The notes below the pieces were generated by a model. It saw only the letters and a program-made list of their open reading frames with translations, had not been told where the DNA came from and made no database searches. A stretch of 64,000 bases of DNA from an uncultured bacterium (GTDB lineage: Bacteria; Krumholzibacteriota; Krumholzibacteriia; JACNKJ01), in assembly GCA_964410395.1 (NCBI GenBank), contig CAYPGS010000003.1, forward strand, positions 7,112 to 71,111. Direction: 5' to 3'. Each line of letters opens with the position of its first letter. The stretch's first letter is position 1. The translations under genes and the position numbers were made by a program. Below, one piece after another: positions 34,442 through 47,635 of this stretch.

Positions 34442-34992
34442 TGCGCAACTTCGCCATCGCCAAGGTCTACGCCTCCGCGCTTCTGGAACTGGCCCCCGAT
34501 AGGGATCGGCTCGAGAAACTGACGGACTCCCTGCTCGGTTTCCGGGATCTCCTGGATGCAAGCCCCGAGCTCCATCAGGTCTTCCTGTCGCCGGAACTGG
34601 GCTTCGCAGAGAAGCGCGCCGTGATCGAGAAGATCACGCAAGGAGAGTCCGAACTCTTCCGCAACTTCCTTCTCGTGCTGGTGCGCAAACACCGCGAGCC
34701 CGCCTACGGGGACATCGTCGCGGTCTTCGAGTATCTGCGCGACCAGGCCGAGTCCCGCCTCCGTGGGAACCTGATCAGCGCCCGTCCCCTGGACGATGCG
34801 CAGCGGGAGGGCATCGAGAAGGCCCTGAGCGAGAGTACGGGCAAGGAAGTGCACCTCGAGGTCGATGTGGAGGAAGACCTCCTGGCCGGCATGGTACTGA
34901 CCCTGGATGACCAGACCCTGGACGGAAGCCTGAAGACACGGCTCCGCCGAATGAAGGACCGTCTCGCGACGGCCGAATTGGGAAAGGAATGA
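34441..34992 (+). CDS. atpH: F0F1 ATP synthase subunit delta (OSCP)
   Basis: It has the operon position and size (183 aa) of delta/OSCP and the N-terminal OSCP-like [12 protein letters not shown]. Confidence 0.8.
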   Translation: MRNFAIAKVYASALLELAPDRDRLEKLTDSLLGFRDLLDASPELHQVFLSPELGFAEKRAVIEKITQGESELFRNFLLVLVRKHREPAYGDIVAVFEYLRDQAESRLRGNLISARPLDDAQREGIEKALSESTGKEVHLEVDVEEDLLAGMVLTLDDQTLDGSLKTRLRRMKDRLATAELGKE

Positions 34993-34993
34993 G

Positions 34994-36505
<1,512 letters not shown>

Positions 36506-36514
36506 CGGGAAACC

Positions 36515-38838
<2,324 letters not shown>

Positions 38839-38839
38839 C

Positions 38840-39100
38840 ATGGCCTGCAAGGTGGTCGCCCCCACGGGCGTGCTCTTCGAGGGCGATGTCGCTCAGCTCA
38901 AGGGGCCCGGCTGGGAGGGCGGCTTCGGCCTCAAACCCAAGCACTCGCCCTACCTGGTGGCGTTGAAGCAGGGGCCGCTGTCCCTGGAGGACGAATCCGG
39001 CGGCGAGGTCTTCCACCTTGATGTCGTGAGCGGATACCTCATCGTGGCCCGCGACGAGTGCACCGTGCTTATCGAAAAGGTTGTCGATAGCGCCGAATAG
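38840..39100 (+). CDS. atpC: F0F1 ATP synthase subunit epsilon, short form (~86 aa, beta-sandwich only; no C-terminal helical domain)
   Basis: The product MACKVVAPTGVLFEGDVAQLKGPGWEGGFGLKPKHSPYLVALKQGPLSLED... ends at about 86 aa, whereas typical epsilon is about 135 aa. The ORF track begins at GTG 38831; ATG 38840 is preferred. Confidence 0.8.
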   Translation: MACKVVAPTGVLFEGDVAQLKGPGWEGGFGLKPKHSPYLVALKQGPLSLEDESGGEVFHLDVVSGYLIVARDECTVLIEKVVDSAE

Positions 39101-39118
39101 AATTCATTCATCGTATTG

Positions 39119-39153
39119 AAGCCCCGGTCCTCGACGGATCGGGGCTTTTTTTT
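39119..39153 (+). terminator. Rho-independent terminator of the atp operon
   Basis: The stem gccccggtcc/ggatcggggc with loop tcgac is followed by a T8 run. Confidence 0.8.
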
Positions 39154-39277
39154 CGGATATTGAAGATCTGGTTATGGTATAATTGCAGAATTCTGATATT
39201 GCGAATCATCCCACTTTTCGCTAGGATTCGCGGCTTCTCGACCCATTTTCCCATCACTTCTCAAGGAGAGGCCTGAC

Positions 39278-42200
39278 ATGCCGCGCAACTTATTGATGGT
39301 TCTACTGCTTCTAGGGGCCACGCTCTCACATGCCGATTTGATTCAATCGACACTGCTGGGGGGCAACTGGTCTAACCCGAGCACCTGGATCGACGAGGTC
39401 GTTCCAGGTTCCGCCGACGACGTGATCATCGACGGTCCCGTCGTCATCGACGGCACCGTCTCCTGCAATGATCTCACCGTGAACGAGGATCGTGTGCTCG
39501 ACGGCCGGGACACCGGCACGAGCTTCCTCACCGTGAACGGCAACCTGTTCAACAACGGAGCCATTCACAACGGCTACTACAACCTGACCCTCACCCTCTT
39601 CGGCGACCTCAGCAACGACGGTATCATCGACAACAAGCGCCTCGATCTCGAGGGCGTCAGCGCGCAGCATCTGAGCATGGACGCAGGGGCCAGCTTCTTC
39701 ACAGAGATCGTGCTCGACCCCGGCGCTACGGAGACCATCTACGTCGACACCGATTTCACCACCTCCAAGTACATCGACCTGAACGGCGGCAACCTGGTAC
39801 TGGGCGGCAACGCCAGCCTCAACTTCACCGGCGGATATCTCATCGACGGAAACGTGCAGGCCGTGGGCCGAACGATCAGCATGACCGGCGCCGCCTACAT
39901 GGGTTCCCTCAATGTCGACTCGGCCGTTCTGGGCGGAGAGGTGAAACTGCAGGGCAACGTGGCCTTCACGGGCGGACTCATCGTGGACGGTCTGCTTTCC
40001 AATCGGAACACCGGCAACTACACCACGGGCATCGAGGGCGATCTCATCGTGAACGGTTCGGTGGTCAACGACTACTACTCGCTCTATGTCGATCTGGACG
40101 GGGGCATCACCAACAACGGCGACATCAGCAATAGGAGCGTCACCGTACTCGCCGATGGCGACGTACACTTCATCTGGAGCCCATTGGCCACATTCAGTGC
40201 GGATCTCATCATGGACAACGCATCCACCGGCGACATCCACGGCGATACAGAACTGCGCTTCACCAGCGATATCGATCTGAACGGCGGAAAGCTCAGGATG
40301 ATGCCCGGGAACGATCTCCACATGACCGGCGGCCACTTCATCGATGGAACCATCGAGTTCAATGGCAACGAGGTGATCACCGGTGCCGGTCACTACTTCG
40401 GCAGCGCGACTCTGGAAAATGCACGCCTGAACGGAACCGCGATCTTCACCACCAATTGCAGCTGCACCGGTGGGCTGGTCAATCTCGGAACCATGCAGAA
40501 TCGGGTCACCGGCAACGTCACCCTGGACGTGCAGGGCGGGCTGACCAACGAAGGCATCGTGACCCATGACTATTACGCTCTATACATCAACCTCACCGGC
40601 GACCTGATCAACAACGGCGATTGGATGAACAACCAGACCATTTTCATGGGCGCCGGCCCTCGCAACATGAGCATGGACGGCGATGCCACCTTCACGAGCG
40701 AGCTCTTCATGCATGTCGACGCCACGGGCGACCTCATCGCCACCACGCCCCTGCGCCTGGGGAATGAGGTGGACTTGAACGGCGGTAATCTCGTGCTGAA
40801 CTCCGGCAGCGATCTGGATCTGGACGTCGGTCCCATCGAAGACGGTTCCATCCAGGCGAACGGCAACACTCTCACCTTCACGGGTGCTTCCTACATCCAC
40901 TCCATGTCCGTTGATTCCGCGACTCTCGACGGGCTGGCGGCCCTGGGCGGCGGAATGGTTTTCACCGGGGGGTTGAACGTCCTGGGCACCATGGAAAACC
41001 GCAGCACCGGCAACTACACCATCGAAGTCTCCGGGGGTCTGGCGAACTACGGGACCGTCGAGAACAACTACTACAATCTCTACATCAATCTGAGCGGCGA
41101 TCTCGTGAACAAGGGCGTCTGGAACAACGCTTGGGTGAACCTGAATGGCGACACCGATCAGCATCTGAGTCAGGGTGAGGGAAGCTTCCTCTCCTGCGAC
41201 CTCTACCTGACCCTTGACGCTCCCGGGACGGTCCTTGTCGAGACTCCCTTCAGCCTGGACGGCGAGCTGGACCTGAACGGTGGCACCATGATTCTGGAAC
41301 CCGGCTCCAGCTTCTCGCAGCTCAGCAGTTCAATCCACGAGACTGAACTGGTGGGTAACCACAACATGCTCGACTTCGCCGACGGAACCTGGGTGTCGAA
41401 CTCGACCCTCCGCGACGTCTCGATCCACGGCATCATGCAGGCCTCCGGCGGCTGCGTGTTCGCCGGGGCCGTGGCCGTCGAGGACACGCTGAAGAACCGG
41501 AACACCGGCAACTACACCCTGCTGGTCGAAGGCAGCCTGATCAACCGCGGACTCATCCACAACAATTACTACAATCTGTACCTCACGGTGTTGGGAAGCA
41601 TTCTCAATGAGGGTACCTGGATCAACAACCAGGTCTACCTCGACGGTATCGACGAGCAGTTCGTCGGGGCAAGCGACCTGAACCCCATCGATCCGAACAG
41701 CTTCCTGCTCGACTCGAATCTTTCCTCGGGTCCCTATCAGTGGTACAAGGACGGACTGCCCATCGATGGGGCAAACGGCGCGACCTTGAGTTTCGCCATC
41801 GTCGGCGACGCCGAGCACGGACGCTATCACTGCGAGGGCGGAACGGTGCCCGAAGTCTCACGCGACATCTGGATCGTCGAGGGTGGCCTCTCGGTGGACT
41901 TCTCTGCCGACGTCCTGACCGGCGGCGCGCCTCTCACGGTGGACTTCACTGCCCTGGGCGATGGCGCCACGAGTTGGGAATGGGATTTCGACGGCGACGG
42001 CGTCGTCGACTCCAACGACGAGAATCCCAGCTTCGAGTACACGAGTGGTGGAGTCTATACCGTCACACTTACCGTGGGCGACGGCATGGTCTCCGACAGC
42101 GAGGTCAAACTGGATTACATCGAGGTCACTGAACCCACCGACGTGACACCGCCGGCCCTGGCCCTTGGCCTGGATCAGAATTTCCCCAATCCCTTCAATC

Positions 42201-42421
42201 CGAAGACCACCATCGCATTCGCCATTCCCCAGGCCGGCCACGCGAAGCTGTCCGTCTACGACAGCAGCGGCCGCCGAATCGCCGTGCTGGCTGATGAGCC
42301 CATGGACGCCGGCCTCCACGAGTTCACCTGGAACGCTGAAGGCCAGGCTTCGGGAGTCTTCTACTATCGCCTCGAGGCGGGGGGCGAGCGCTTCACCCGC
42401 AAGTGCATCCTGCTCAAGTAG
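39278..42421 (+). CDS. Giant secreted repeat protein (1047 aa): five ~170-aa modules of an unrecognised type, an Ig-like domain, a PKD domain and a C-terminal T9SS sorting domain
   Basis: The signal peptide is MPRNLLMVLLLLGATLSHA. The recurrent module is NRxTGNYTxxxxGxLxNxGxxxNxYYxLYxxLxGDLxNxGxWxN ... DLNGGxLxL ... GAAYxGSxxVDSAxL. The other domains are YQWYKDGLPIDGANGATLSF...GRYHCEGG (Ig-like), PLTVDFTALGDGATSWEWDFDGDGVVDSNDENPSFEYTSGGVYTVTLTV (PKD) and the CTD NFPNPFNPKTTIAFAI...YDSSGRRIAVL...GVFYYRL...CILLK. An AAGGAGAGG RBS and an extended -10 TGGTATAAT at 39175-39183 are present. Confidence 0.75.
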   Translation: MPRNLLMVLLLLGATLSHADLIQSTLLGGNWSNPSTWIDEVVPGSADDVIIDGPVVIDGTVSCNDLTVNEDRVLDGRDTGTSFLTVNGNLFNNGAIHNGYYNLTLTLFGDLSNDGIIDNKRLDLEGVSAQHLSMDAGASFFTEIVLDPGATETIYVDTDFTTSKYIDLNGGNLVLGGNASLNFTGGYLIDGNVQAVGRTISMTGAAYMGSLNVDSAVLGGEVKLQGNVAFTGGLIVDGLLSNRNTGNYTTGIEGDLIVNGSVVNDYYSLYVDLDGGITNNGDISNRSVTVLADGDVHFIWSPLATFSADLIMDNASTGDIHGDTELRFTSDIDLNGGKLRMMPGNDLHMTGGHFIDGTIEFNGNEVITGAGHYFGSATLENARLNGTAIFTTNCSCTGGLVNLGTMQNRVTGNVTLDVQGGLTNEGIVTHDYYALYINLTGDLINNGDWMNNQTIFMGAGPRNMSMDGDATFTSELFMHVDATGDLIATTPLRLGNEVDLNGGNLVLNSGSDLDLDVGPIEDGSIQANGNTLTFTGASYIHSMSVDSATLDGLAALGGGMVFTGGLNVLGTMENRSTGNYTIEVSGGLANYGTVENNYYNLYINLSGDLVNKGVWNNAWVNLNGDTDQHLSQGEGSFLSCDLYLTLDAPGTVLVETPFSLDGELDLNGGTMILEPGSSFSQLSSSIHETELVGNHNMLDFADGTWVSNSTLRDVSIHGIMQASGGCVFAGAVAVEDTLKNRNTGNYTLLVEGSLINRGLIHNNYYNLYLTVLGSILNEGTWINNQVYLDGIDEQFVGASDLNPIDPNSFLLDSNLSSGPYQWYKDGLPIDGANGATLSFAIVGDAEHGRYHCEGGTVPEVSRDIWIVEGGLSVDFSADVLTGGAPLTVDFTALGDGATSWEWDFDGDGVVDSNDENPSFEYTSGGVYTVTLTVGDGMVSDSEVKLDYIEVTEPTDVTPPALALGLDQNFPNPFNPKTTIAFAIPQAGHAKLSVYDSSGRRIAVLADEPMDAGLHEFTWNAEGQASGVFYYRLEAGGERFTRKCILLK

Positions 42422-42446
42422 TTGAACGCCATCATCGTGTTCTGGA

Positions 42447-42477
42447 CCCCGGAGTCTTCGCTCCGGGGTTTCTTTTG
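42447..42477 (+). terminator. Rho-independent terminator
   Basis: The stem ccccggag/ctccgggg with loop tcttcg is followed by tttcttttg. Confidence 0.75.
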
Positions 42478-42553
42478 CTAATTCGATGGAATTCTGGTAG
42501 AATTCCCACAAATGCCAACTATCATTAAATCAACGAGTCAACGGGAGGTCCCC

Positions 42554-44458
42554 ATGGTCAGGAGCATATCCCTCGGTTTGATTCTGATTTTCGCGGCAAG
42601 CATCTCCCTCGCCGATGTCATCACCTCCGCTCCCGGCGGAGGGCCCTGGAGCTACGGCTCCAGCTGGGTGGGCGGCCAGGTCCCCGGCGCCGATGACGAC
42701 GTAATCATCGTCAGCACCATCGACGTGACCGGTGAGGTGGAGTGCCGCGGCCTGAACATCTTCACCACCGGCATCCTCAAGGGCAGCGGCTCCGGCTACG
42801 GCACCGTCATCGCCGGCGGCGACGCCTTCAACGAGGGCACGGTCCAGGACGGCGTCTACTGGTTCACGGTGAGGGTCGGCGGCGATCTCGTCAATCACGG
42901 CAACTGGATGAATCACTACACCTACCTGCAAGGCAGCGAAACGCGCATCCTCTCCATGACCGAGAGCGCCTACTTGTCTACCCAGCTGGCCATCGACGAC
43001 GGCGCCAGCGGCGATCTCGTCACCGGCAGCCCCATCGAGATCTCAGGCGGCATCGACCTGAACGGCAGCCGAATGATCCTGGAGCCCGGGCACAACCTGC
43101 ATCTTGACGCCTGCGCATTCCAGGGCGGCGAGCTGCTCTGCAACAACAACGAGGTGAGCGTCGAGTCCTGGTCCTACTTCGCCTGGTCGGTCCTGGACGC
43201 GGCCGTGCTCGTGGGCGAAGTCGAGATGGACACGGGCGTGCACTTCACCGGCGGCCTCACCGTCATGGGCGTGCTTCAGAACCTCTCCGCCCATAGCGGT
43301 CTCGTTCAGGTGGAAGGCGGCCTCGTCAACAAGGGCCTGATCACCAACAACTCCAGCTACGGCTGGTCCATGGAACTCTCGGGCGATCTCCAGAACGACG
43401 GCACCATCAGCAACAGCATGGTGGCCCTGGACGGGCAGAGCGAGCACCACCTCAGCGGCGGTCCGGCCTGCGTCTTCGATGCGCCCATGTTCCTGCCCGA
43501 ATTCCAGGGCGGCACCATCGTGGCCGACAGCGATCTCCACTTCACCGACGGACTCAGCCTGGCCGGCGGAGAGATGCACCTCGAGCCCGGCGTCACCCTG
43601 AACTTCACGAGCTGGGGCTCCATGGGCAGCGGAACCCTCTACGCCAACGGCAACACCATCCACATGGACGGCTACGCCTGCACCCTGGGCGACATCGTCG
43701 TGGACCAGGCCGTGCTCAGCGGACTCGTGCGGGTGAACAGCCCCGTGAGCTTCACGGGCGGCCTGACCAACGAGGGCATCCTCGAGAACCGCGAGTACTT
43801 CGATCAGGACATCAGCGTGGAGGGCCTCTTCCTGAACGAGGGGACCGTTCGCAATCAGATCAAGGACCTGACCGTGCGCCTGCTCGGTGACTTCGAGAAT
43901 CGCGGTGCCGTGACCTGTGAGCAATTGACCGCCGAGGGATACGCGGACCAGCACATCGGTGTGGGCAGCGGCATCGACGCGGCGGAGGTCATCTTCGTTT
44001 CGCATCTGCCAAGTGGGCCCTACCAGTGGTATCGCGATGGCGCTCCCTTGGATGGCGAAACCGCCGCCACCCTGAGTTTCGCCGGACTGCACTCGGGCGA
44101 CTATGGGCACTATCACTGCGAGAGCGGCGGGGATCTGTCGCGCCAGATCATCGTGTCCGAATATGTGGATCCCACTTCCGTGGAGACCGTTCCCATGGGT
44201 GTCGTGCTGGAGCCGAATCATCCCAATCCCTTCAATCCGGCGACGACCATCGCCTTCAGCCTTCCCGCCGACGGGCCGGTGCGCCTGGCGGTCTACGACG
44301 CCGCGGGCCGTCTGAGCGATCTGCTCCTGGACGAGTTCATGGCGGCCGGACGGCACTCCCTGCTCTGGCAGGCCGGGGACCGCGCTTCGGGCCTTTACTT
44401 CTACAGGCTCAGCTACGGCGGCGTCGAACAGGTCGGCAAGGCGGTGCTGGTCAAGTAG
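42554..44458 (+). CDS. Paralogous secreted repeat protein (~634 aa): three copies of the same module, an Ig-like domain and a T9SS sorting domain
   Basis: The signal peptide is MVRSISLGLILIFAASISLA after a GGGAGG RBS. It shares the module motifs, YQWYRDGAPLDGETAATLSF...GHYHCESGG, and the CTD NHPNPFNPATTIAFSL...YDAAGRL...GLYFYRL...AVLVK. An extended -10 TGGTAGAAT lies at 42495-42503. The ORF track starts at 42512. Confidence 0.75.
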   Translation: MVRSISLGLILIFAASISLADVITSAPGGGPWSYGSSWVGGQVPGADDDVIIVSTIDVTGEVECRGLNIFTTGILKGSGSGYGTVIAGGDAFNEGTVQDGVYWFTVRVGGDLVNHGNWMNHYTYLQGSETRILSMTESAYLSTQLAIDDGASGDLVTGSPIEISGGIDLNGSRMILEPGHNLHLDACAFQGGELLCNNNEVSVESWSYFAWSVLDAAVLVGEVEMDTGVHFTGGLTVMGVLQNLSAHSGLVQVEGGLVNKGLITNNSSYGWSMELSGDLQNDGTISNSMVALDGQSEHHLSGGPACVFDAPMFLPEFQGGTIVADSDLHFTDGLSLAGGEMHLEPGVTLNFTSWGSMGSGTLYANGNTIHMDGYACTLGDIVVDQAVLSGLVRVNSPVSFTGGLTNEGILENREYFDQDISVEGLFLNEGTVRNQIKDLTVRLLGDFENRGAVTCEQLTAEGYADQHIGVGSGIDAAEVIFVSHLPSGPYQWYRDGAPLDGETAATLSFAGLHSGDYGHYHCESGGDLSRQIIVSEYVDPTSVETVPMGVVLEPNHPNPFNPATTIAFSLPADGPVRLAVYDAAGRLSDLLLDEFMAAGRHSLLWQAGDRASGLYFYRLSYGGVEQVGKAVLVK

Positions 44459-44478
44459 CACTCTTCCATCGCGCACAA

Positions 44479-44506
44479 GCCCCGGAGCCCGGCTCCGGGG
44501 TTTTTT
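44479..44506 (+). terminator. Rho-independent terminator
   Basis: The stem ccccggagcc/ggctccgggg is followed by a T6 run. Confidence 0.8.
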
Positions 44507-44575
44507 CATGGACGGAATCGGGTGAAACAACTTCTACTCGAAGGTGTAGGTCAGAAGACAAGGGGGCGGAGATCC

Positions 44576-45343
44576 ATGAATCTGTTAAAGGCACTGCTCG
44601 GCATCATCCTGGCCGTCATGCTCGTCCTGGCCGCCGTCGTCGCGCTGCTCTTCTTCCCGCAGCCTCTCTTCGATGAGAAAATGGAGTTCGAGGGCCTCAC
44701 CCTCTACGCCGATGAACCCATTAGCGAGGAACTCGTGGCTGAGCTGCGAGAAAGCCTCCGGCGAATGGCCGCCATCGAAGGTCTTCCCGAGGGGCGAGAC
44801 TACCGGGTCTTCCACTGCAGTAGCTCTAGACGCTACGAGACACTGGCCCGACTGGCCCGCCTGCATCCCAAGAGCCAGGGCTTCGGTCTCTACTACGCCG
44901 GAAACATCTTCGTTTCGGAAGAGGGGGTGAAGTCTGCACAGCGCCAGGGGGCCCCGCTCCTGGCCGACACGCGCCTGGAGGGAAGCGTGGCCCATGTGAT
45001 CGCCCACGAGGCCGCGCATTTCGTCCATGTGCGCGAACTGGGATTTCGCGATTCCCAGGCTCTGCCGGTGTGGAAGACCGAAGGCTTCGCCGACTGGGCG
45101 GCTACGCGTCAGGTGCGCGACGAAACGGAAGGTTTCAAGGAACGCTACGAAGCCTATAGCGATTTCCATCGCTGGAGCCGCTCCACCCAGCACCTGCGCG
45201 AATTCCTCGCCTGGCAATTGCTCGCGGAATATCACTTCGACGTTCGGGGCCGAAGCCGCGAGGAGTTCTTCGCCCCGACGCTGAGTGAGGACGCGCTCTG
45301 GGAGGAAATGATCAGCTGGGCCCTCGAGGGGACGAGCATTTGA
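44576..45343 (+). CDS. Membrane-anchored protein with HExxH zinc-metallopeptidase-like motif (function unknown)
   Basis: The N-terminal TM helix is MNLLKALLGIILAVMLVLAAVVALLFF. VIAHEAAHFVHVRELG (HExxH) is followed by WKTEGFADWA, a possible third-ligand Glu. Its stop overlaps the start of the ABC ATPase gene. Confidence 0.55.
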   Translation: MNLLKALLGIILAVMLVLAAVVALLFFPQPLFDEKMEFEGLTLYADEPISEELVAELRESLRRMAAIEGLPEGRDYRVFHCSSSRRYETLARLARLHPKSQGFGLYYAGNIFVSEEGVKSAQRQGAPLLADTRLEGSVAHVIAHEAAHFVHVRELGFRDSQALPVWKTEGFADWAATRQVRDETEGFKERYEAYSDFHRWSRSTQHLREFLAWQLLAEYHFDVRGRSREEFFAPTLSEDALWEEMISWALEGTSI

Positions 45344-46050
45344 ACCAGACGCGGCTGAGCACCCTTGACCTCAAGCGTCACTACCGGCGGGGACCGCACA
45401 CGGTTCGCGCGCTGGACGGCGTGAGTCTCGAACTCAGGGCCGGCGAGTTCCTGGCACTGGTCGGCTCATCGGGTTCCGGTAAATCCACCCTGTTGAATCT
45501 GGTGGCGGGTCTCGACCGACCCAGCGAAGGGCGGGTGCAGGTGAACGGCAGGTGCCTGTCCGAGATGAGCGAGCGGGACCTGGCCATCTATCGCGCCTGT
45601 CACACGGGCATGATCTTCCAGGCCTTCAACCTCATCGGGCACTACAGCGCCCTGGAGAACGTGGCCCTGGCCCTGGCTTTCAATGGCACGCCACGGGCGG
45701 AGCGGGAGCAGATCGCCCAGGCTCAGCTGACGACCCTGGGCATGGCCGAGCGTGCGGATCATCGTCCCGCGGATCTCAGTGGCGGCGAGCAGCAGCGGGT
45801 GGCCGTGGCGAGGGCACTGGTTACCGATCCGGAAATGCTCTTCGCCGATGAGCCCACCGGAAACCTGGATCAGGACAACAGCGAGCAGATCGCCCAGCTC
45901 CTGGCCAGTCTCTGCGGCGAGGGCCGATCGGTGCTCATGACCACTCACGACCTCGAACTGGCCGGACGCTACGCACACCGAATCCTGCGGCTCAACTACG
46001 GCCGCATCGAGGAGGAACGGGAACTCCCCGAGAACCGGAGGGCCCCGTGA
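45340..46050 (+). CDS. ABC transporter ATP-binding protein (MacB/LolD-like)
   Basis: The Walker A motif is LVGSSGSGKSTLLNLVAGL, the ABC signature is LSGGEQQRVAVARAL, and the Walker B motif is LFADEPTGNLD. The start is TTG. Confidence 0.85.
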   Translation: MNQTRLSTLDLKRHYRRGPHTVRALDGVSLELRAGEFLALVGSSGSGKSTLLNLVAGLDRPSEGRVQVNGRCLSEMSERDLAIYRACHTGMIFQAFNLIGHYSALENVALALAFNGTPRAEREQIAQAQLTTLGMAERADHRPADLSGGEQQRVAVARALVTDPEMLFADEPTGNLDQDNSEQIAQLLASLCGEGRSVLMTTHDLELAGRYAHRILRLNYGRIEEERELPENRRAP

Positions 46051-47486
46051 GTTTTCGCGACCTGCTGCGCATCGCTTTGGGCAACATCCGCCGCCAGAAG
46101 CTTCGGAGCATCCTGACGATCTCGGGCGTGATCATCGCCATCGGCGCCTTCGTGGCCATGCTTTCCTTCGGCGCGGGCAATCAGAGGATGATCGCCGACG
46201 AGTTCGACGAGCTGGGTCTTTTCACCACCATGATCGTCTTCCCTTCCGAGGAGGGCGACAGCCTGGCCCTGGATCAGGATGCCGTTGAGCGACTGGCGCA
46301 GATTCCCGGCGTGAGGCTGGCCTATCCCTACGACCGATTCGAGGTGGAGGTGTCCTGGCGCGACACCACGCTGAGCGTGGGCGCTCAGGCCCTTCCCGTC
46401 GGAGCGCTGCGAACCAGGTATTTCTCGCGACTCGAGGCGGGGACGGTGGAGAGCGAGTCGCCGGCCACGGTGCTCGTCACTGAGGAACTGCTGGAGTCGT
46501 TCCAGGTGGAGGATGCGGATTCCTTCCTGGGCGAGCGCCTTGCCGTTTCGGTGAAGTCGGCGAGCATCGACAGCGCCGTGGTGCGCTTATTCAGCGATCC
46601 GGATGGAAAGCTTCGGGAGCGCTTCACGGCCTTCGAGGTGGATTCGCTCTTCGCGGAGGGTTACGTGGAGGGTGCCCTGCGTCGCGAACTCGACGCCGCG
46701 ACCCGCCGCTTCCTCGACGGCTATCTCAACGCGCAGACGCTCACCACCGACACCCTGGAGGTTCGCGGGGTCATTCGCGGTCATCGGGATCGTCGAAATC
46801 GCGTGCTTCCGGTGATCCTTCCCATCGAGACCGCCCGTCGTTTCGACGCCGCCGGCCCCAGCGCGGATCCCACGGAACTCGTTCCGCGTCTCATGCAGGG
46901 AGAGATCTTCTCGAAGGCGCCCGCGGCGAGCAAGGAGTACTCGCAGGTCACCCTGGACCTGCATCAGTACGCCTCGCATCCGGCCGTATCCGATTCGGTG
47001 GAGGCTCTGGGCTACGAGGCCTTCAGCTACGCTTCCCAGTTCGAGCAGATCCGGCGCGTGATGCTCTTCTTCAACATGGGCCTCGGTCTCGTGGGTCTGG
47101 TGGCTCTGGTCACCGCGGCCCTCGGCATCGCCAACACCATGGTGATGTCCATCATGGAGCGCCGCCGCGAGATCGGCATTCTGCGTTCCCTGGGCGCTCA
47201 GCCCAAGGACATCCGCGGCCTCTTCCTTGTGGAGTCGGGAACCATCGGAGCCCTGGGTTCGCTGGGGGGCATCCTTCTGGGATGGCTCGTGGCGCGCACG
47301 GCCTCCGTGATCGCCAAGACGATCATGCGCAACCAGGAAGTCGAAGTCATCGAGCTCTTCGCCACGCCGCTCTGGCTCGTGGGAATCGCCATGGGCTTCG
47401 GAATACTGGTGGCCGTGCTGGCGGGATCCTACCCGGCCAGGCGCGCGTCGCGGGTAGATCCCGTGGATGCGCTCCGTCAGGATTGA
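46047..47486 (+). CDS. ABC transporter permease of the FtsX/MacB/LolC-E type (N-terminal TM, large periplasmic domain, C-terminal 3-TM FtsX fold)
   Basis: The FtsX-like C-terminus is MLFFNMGLGLVGLVALVTAALGIANTMVMSIMERRREIGILRSLGAQPKDI...YPARRASRVDPVDALRQD. It overlaps the ATPase gene stop. Confidence 0.8.
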   Translation: MSFRDLLRIALGNIRRQKLRSILTISGVIIAIGAFVAMLSFGAGNQRMIADEFDELGLFTTMIVFPSEEGDSLALDQDAVERLAQIPGVRLAYPYDRFEVEVSWRDTTLSVGAQALPVGALRTRYFSRLEAGTVESESPATVLVTEELLESFQVEDADSFLGERLAVSVKSASIDSAVVRLFSDPDGKLRERFTAFEVDSLFAEGYVEGALRRELDAATRRFLDGYLNAQTLTTDTLEVRGVIRGHRDRRNRVLPVILPIETARRFDAAGPSADPTELVPRLMQGEIFSKAPAASKEYSQVTLDLHQYASHPAVSDSVEALGYEAFSYASQFEQIRRVMLFFNMGLGLVGLVALVTAALGIANTMVMSIMERRREIGILRSLGAQPKDIRGLFLVESGTIGALGSLGGILLGWLVARTASVIAKTIMRNQEVEVIELFATPLWLVGIAMGFGILVAVLAGSYPARRASRVDPVDALRQD

Positions 47487-47635
47487 GGAAGATTCCCTCG
47501 GAATCCCCGTTTTCCCCTCAAGTTCGCCCTCCAAACCGGTGATATAGATAGTAGTCCGGGCGGTCGAGGCCCGACGCTTTCTATCGATTCCTCGAGCTTC
47601 CCCGAAACGCCTAATCATTCCTCGGGAGGATGGAC

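Noticed and set aside
39326-44530. Multiple minus-strand ORFs (for example 39326-40567, 41858-42511, 43043-44530) within the repeat-protein genes
   Set aside because: They are antisense to genes with signal peptides, repeats and T9SS CTDs. Their Gly/Val/Asp-rich translations mirror the sense repeats.
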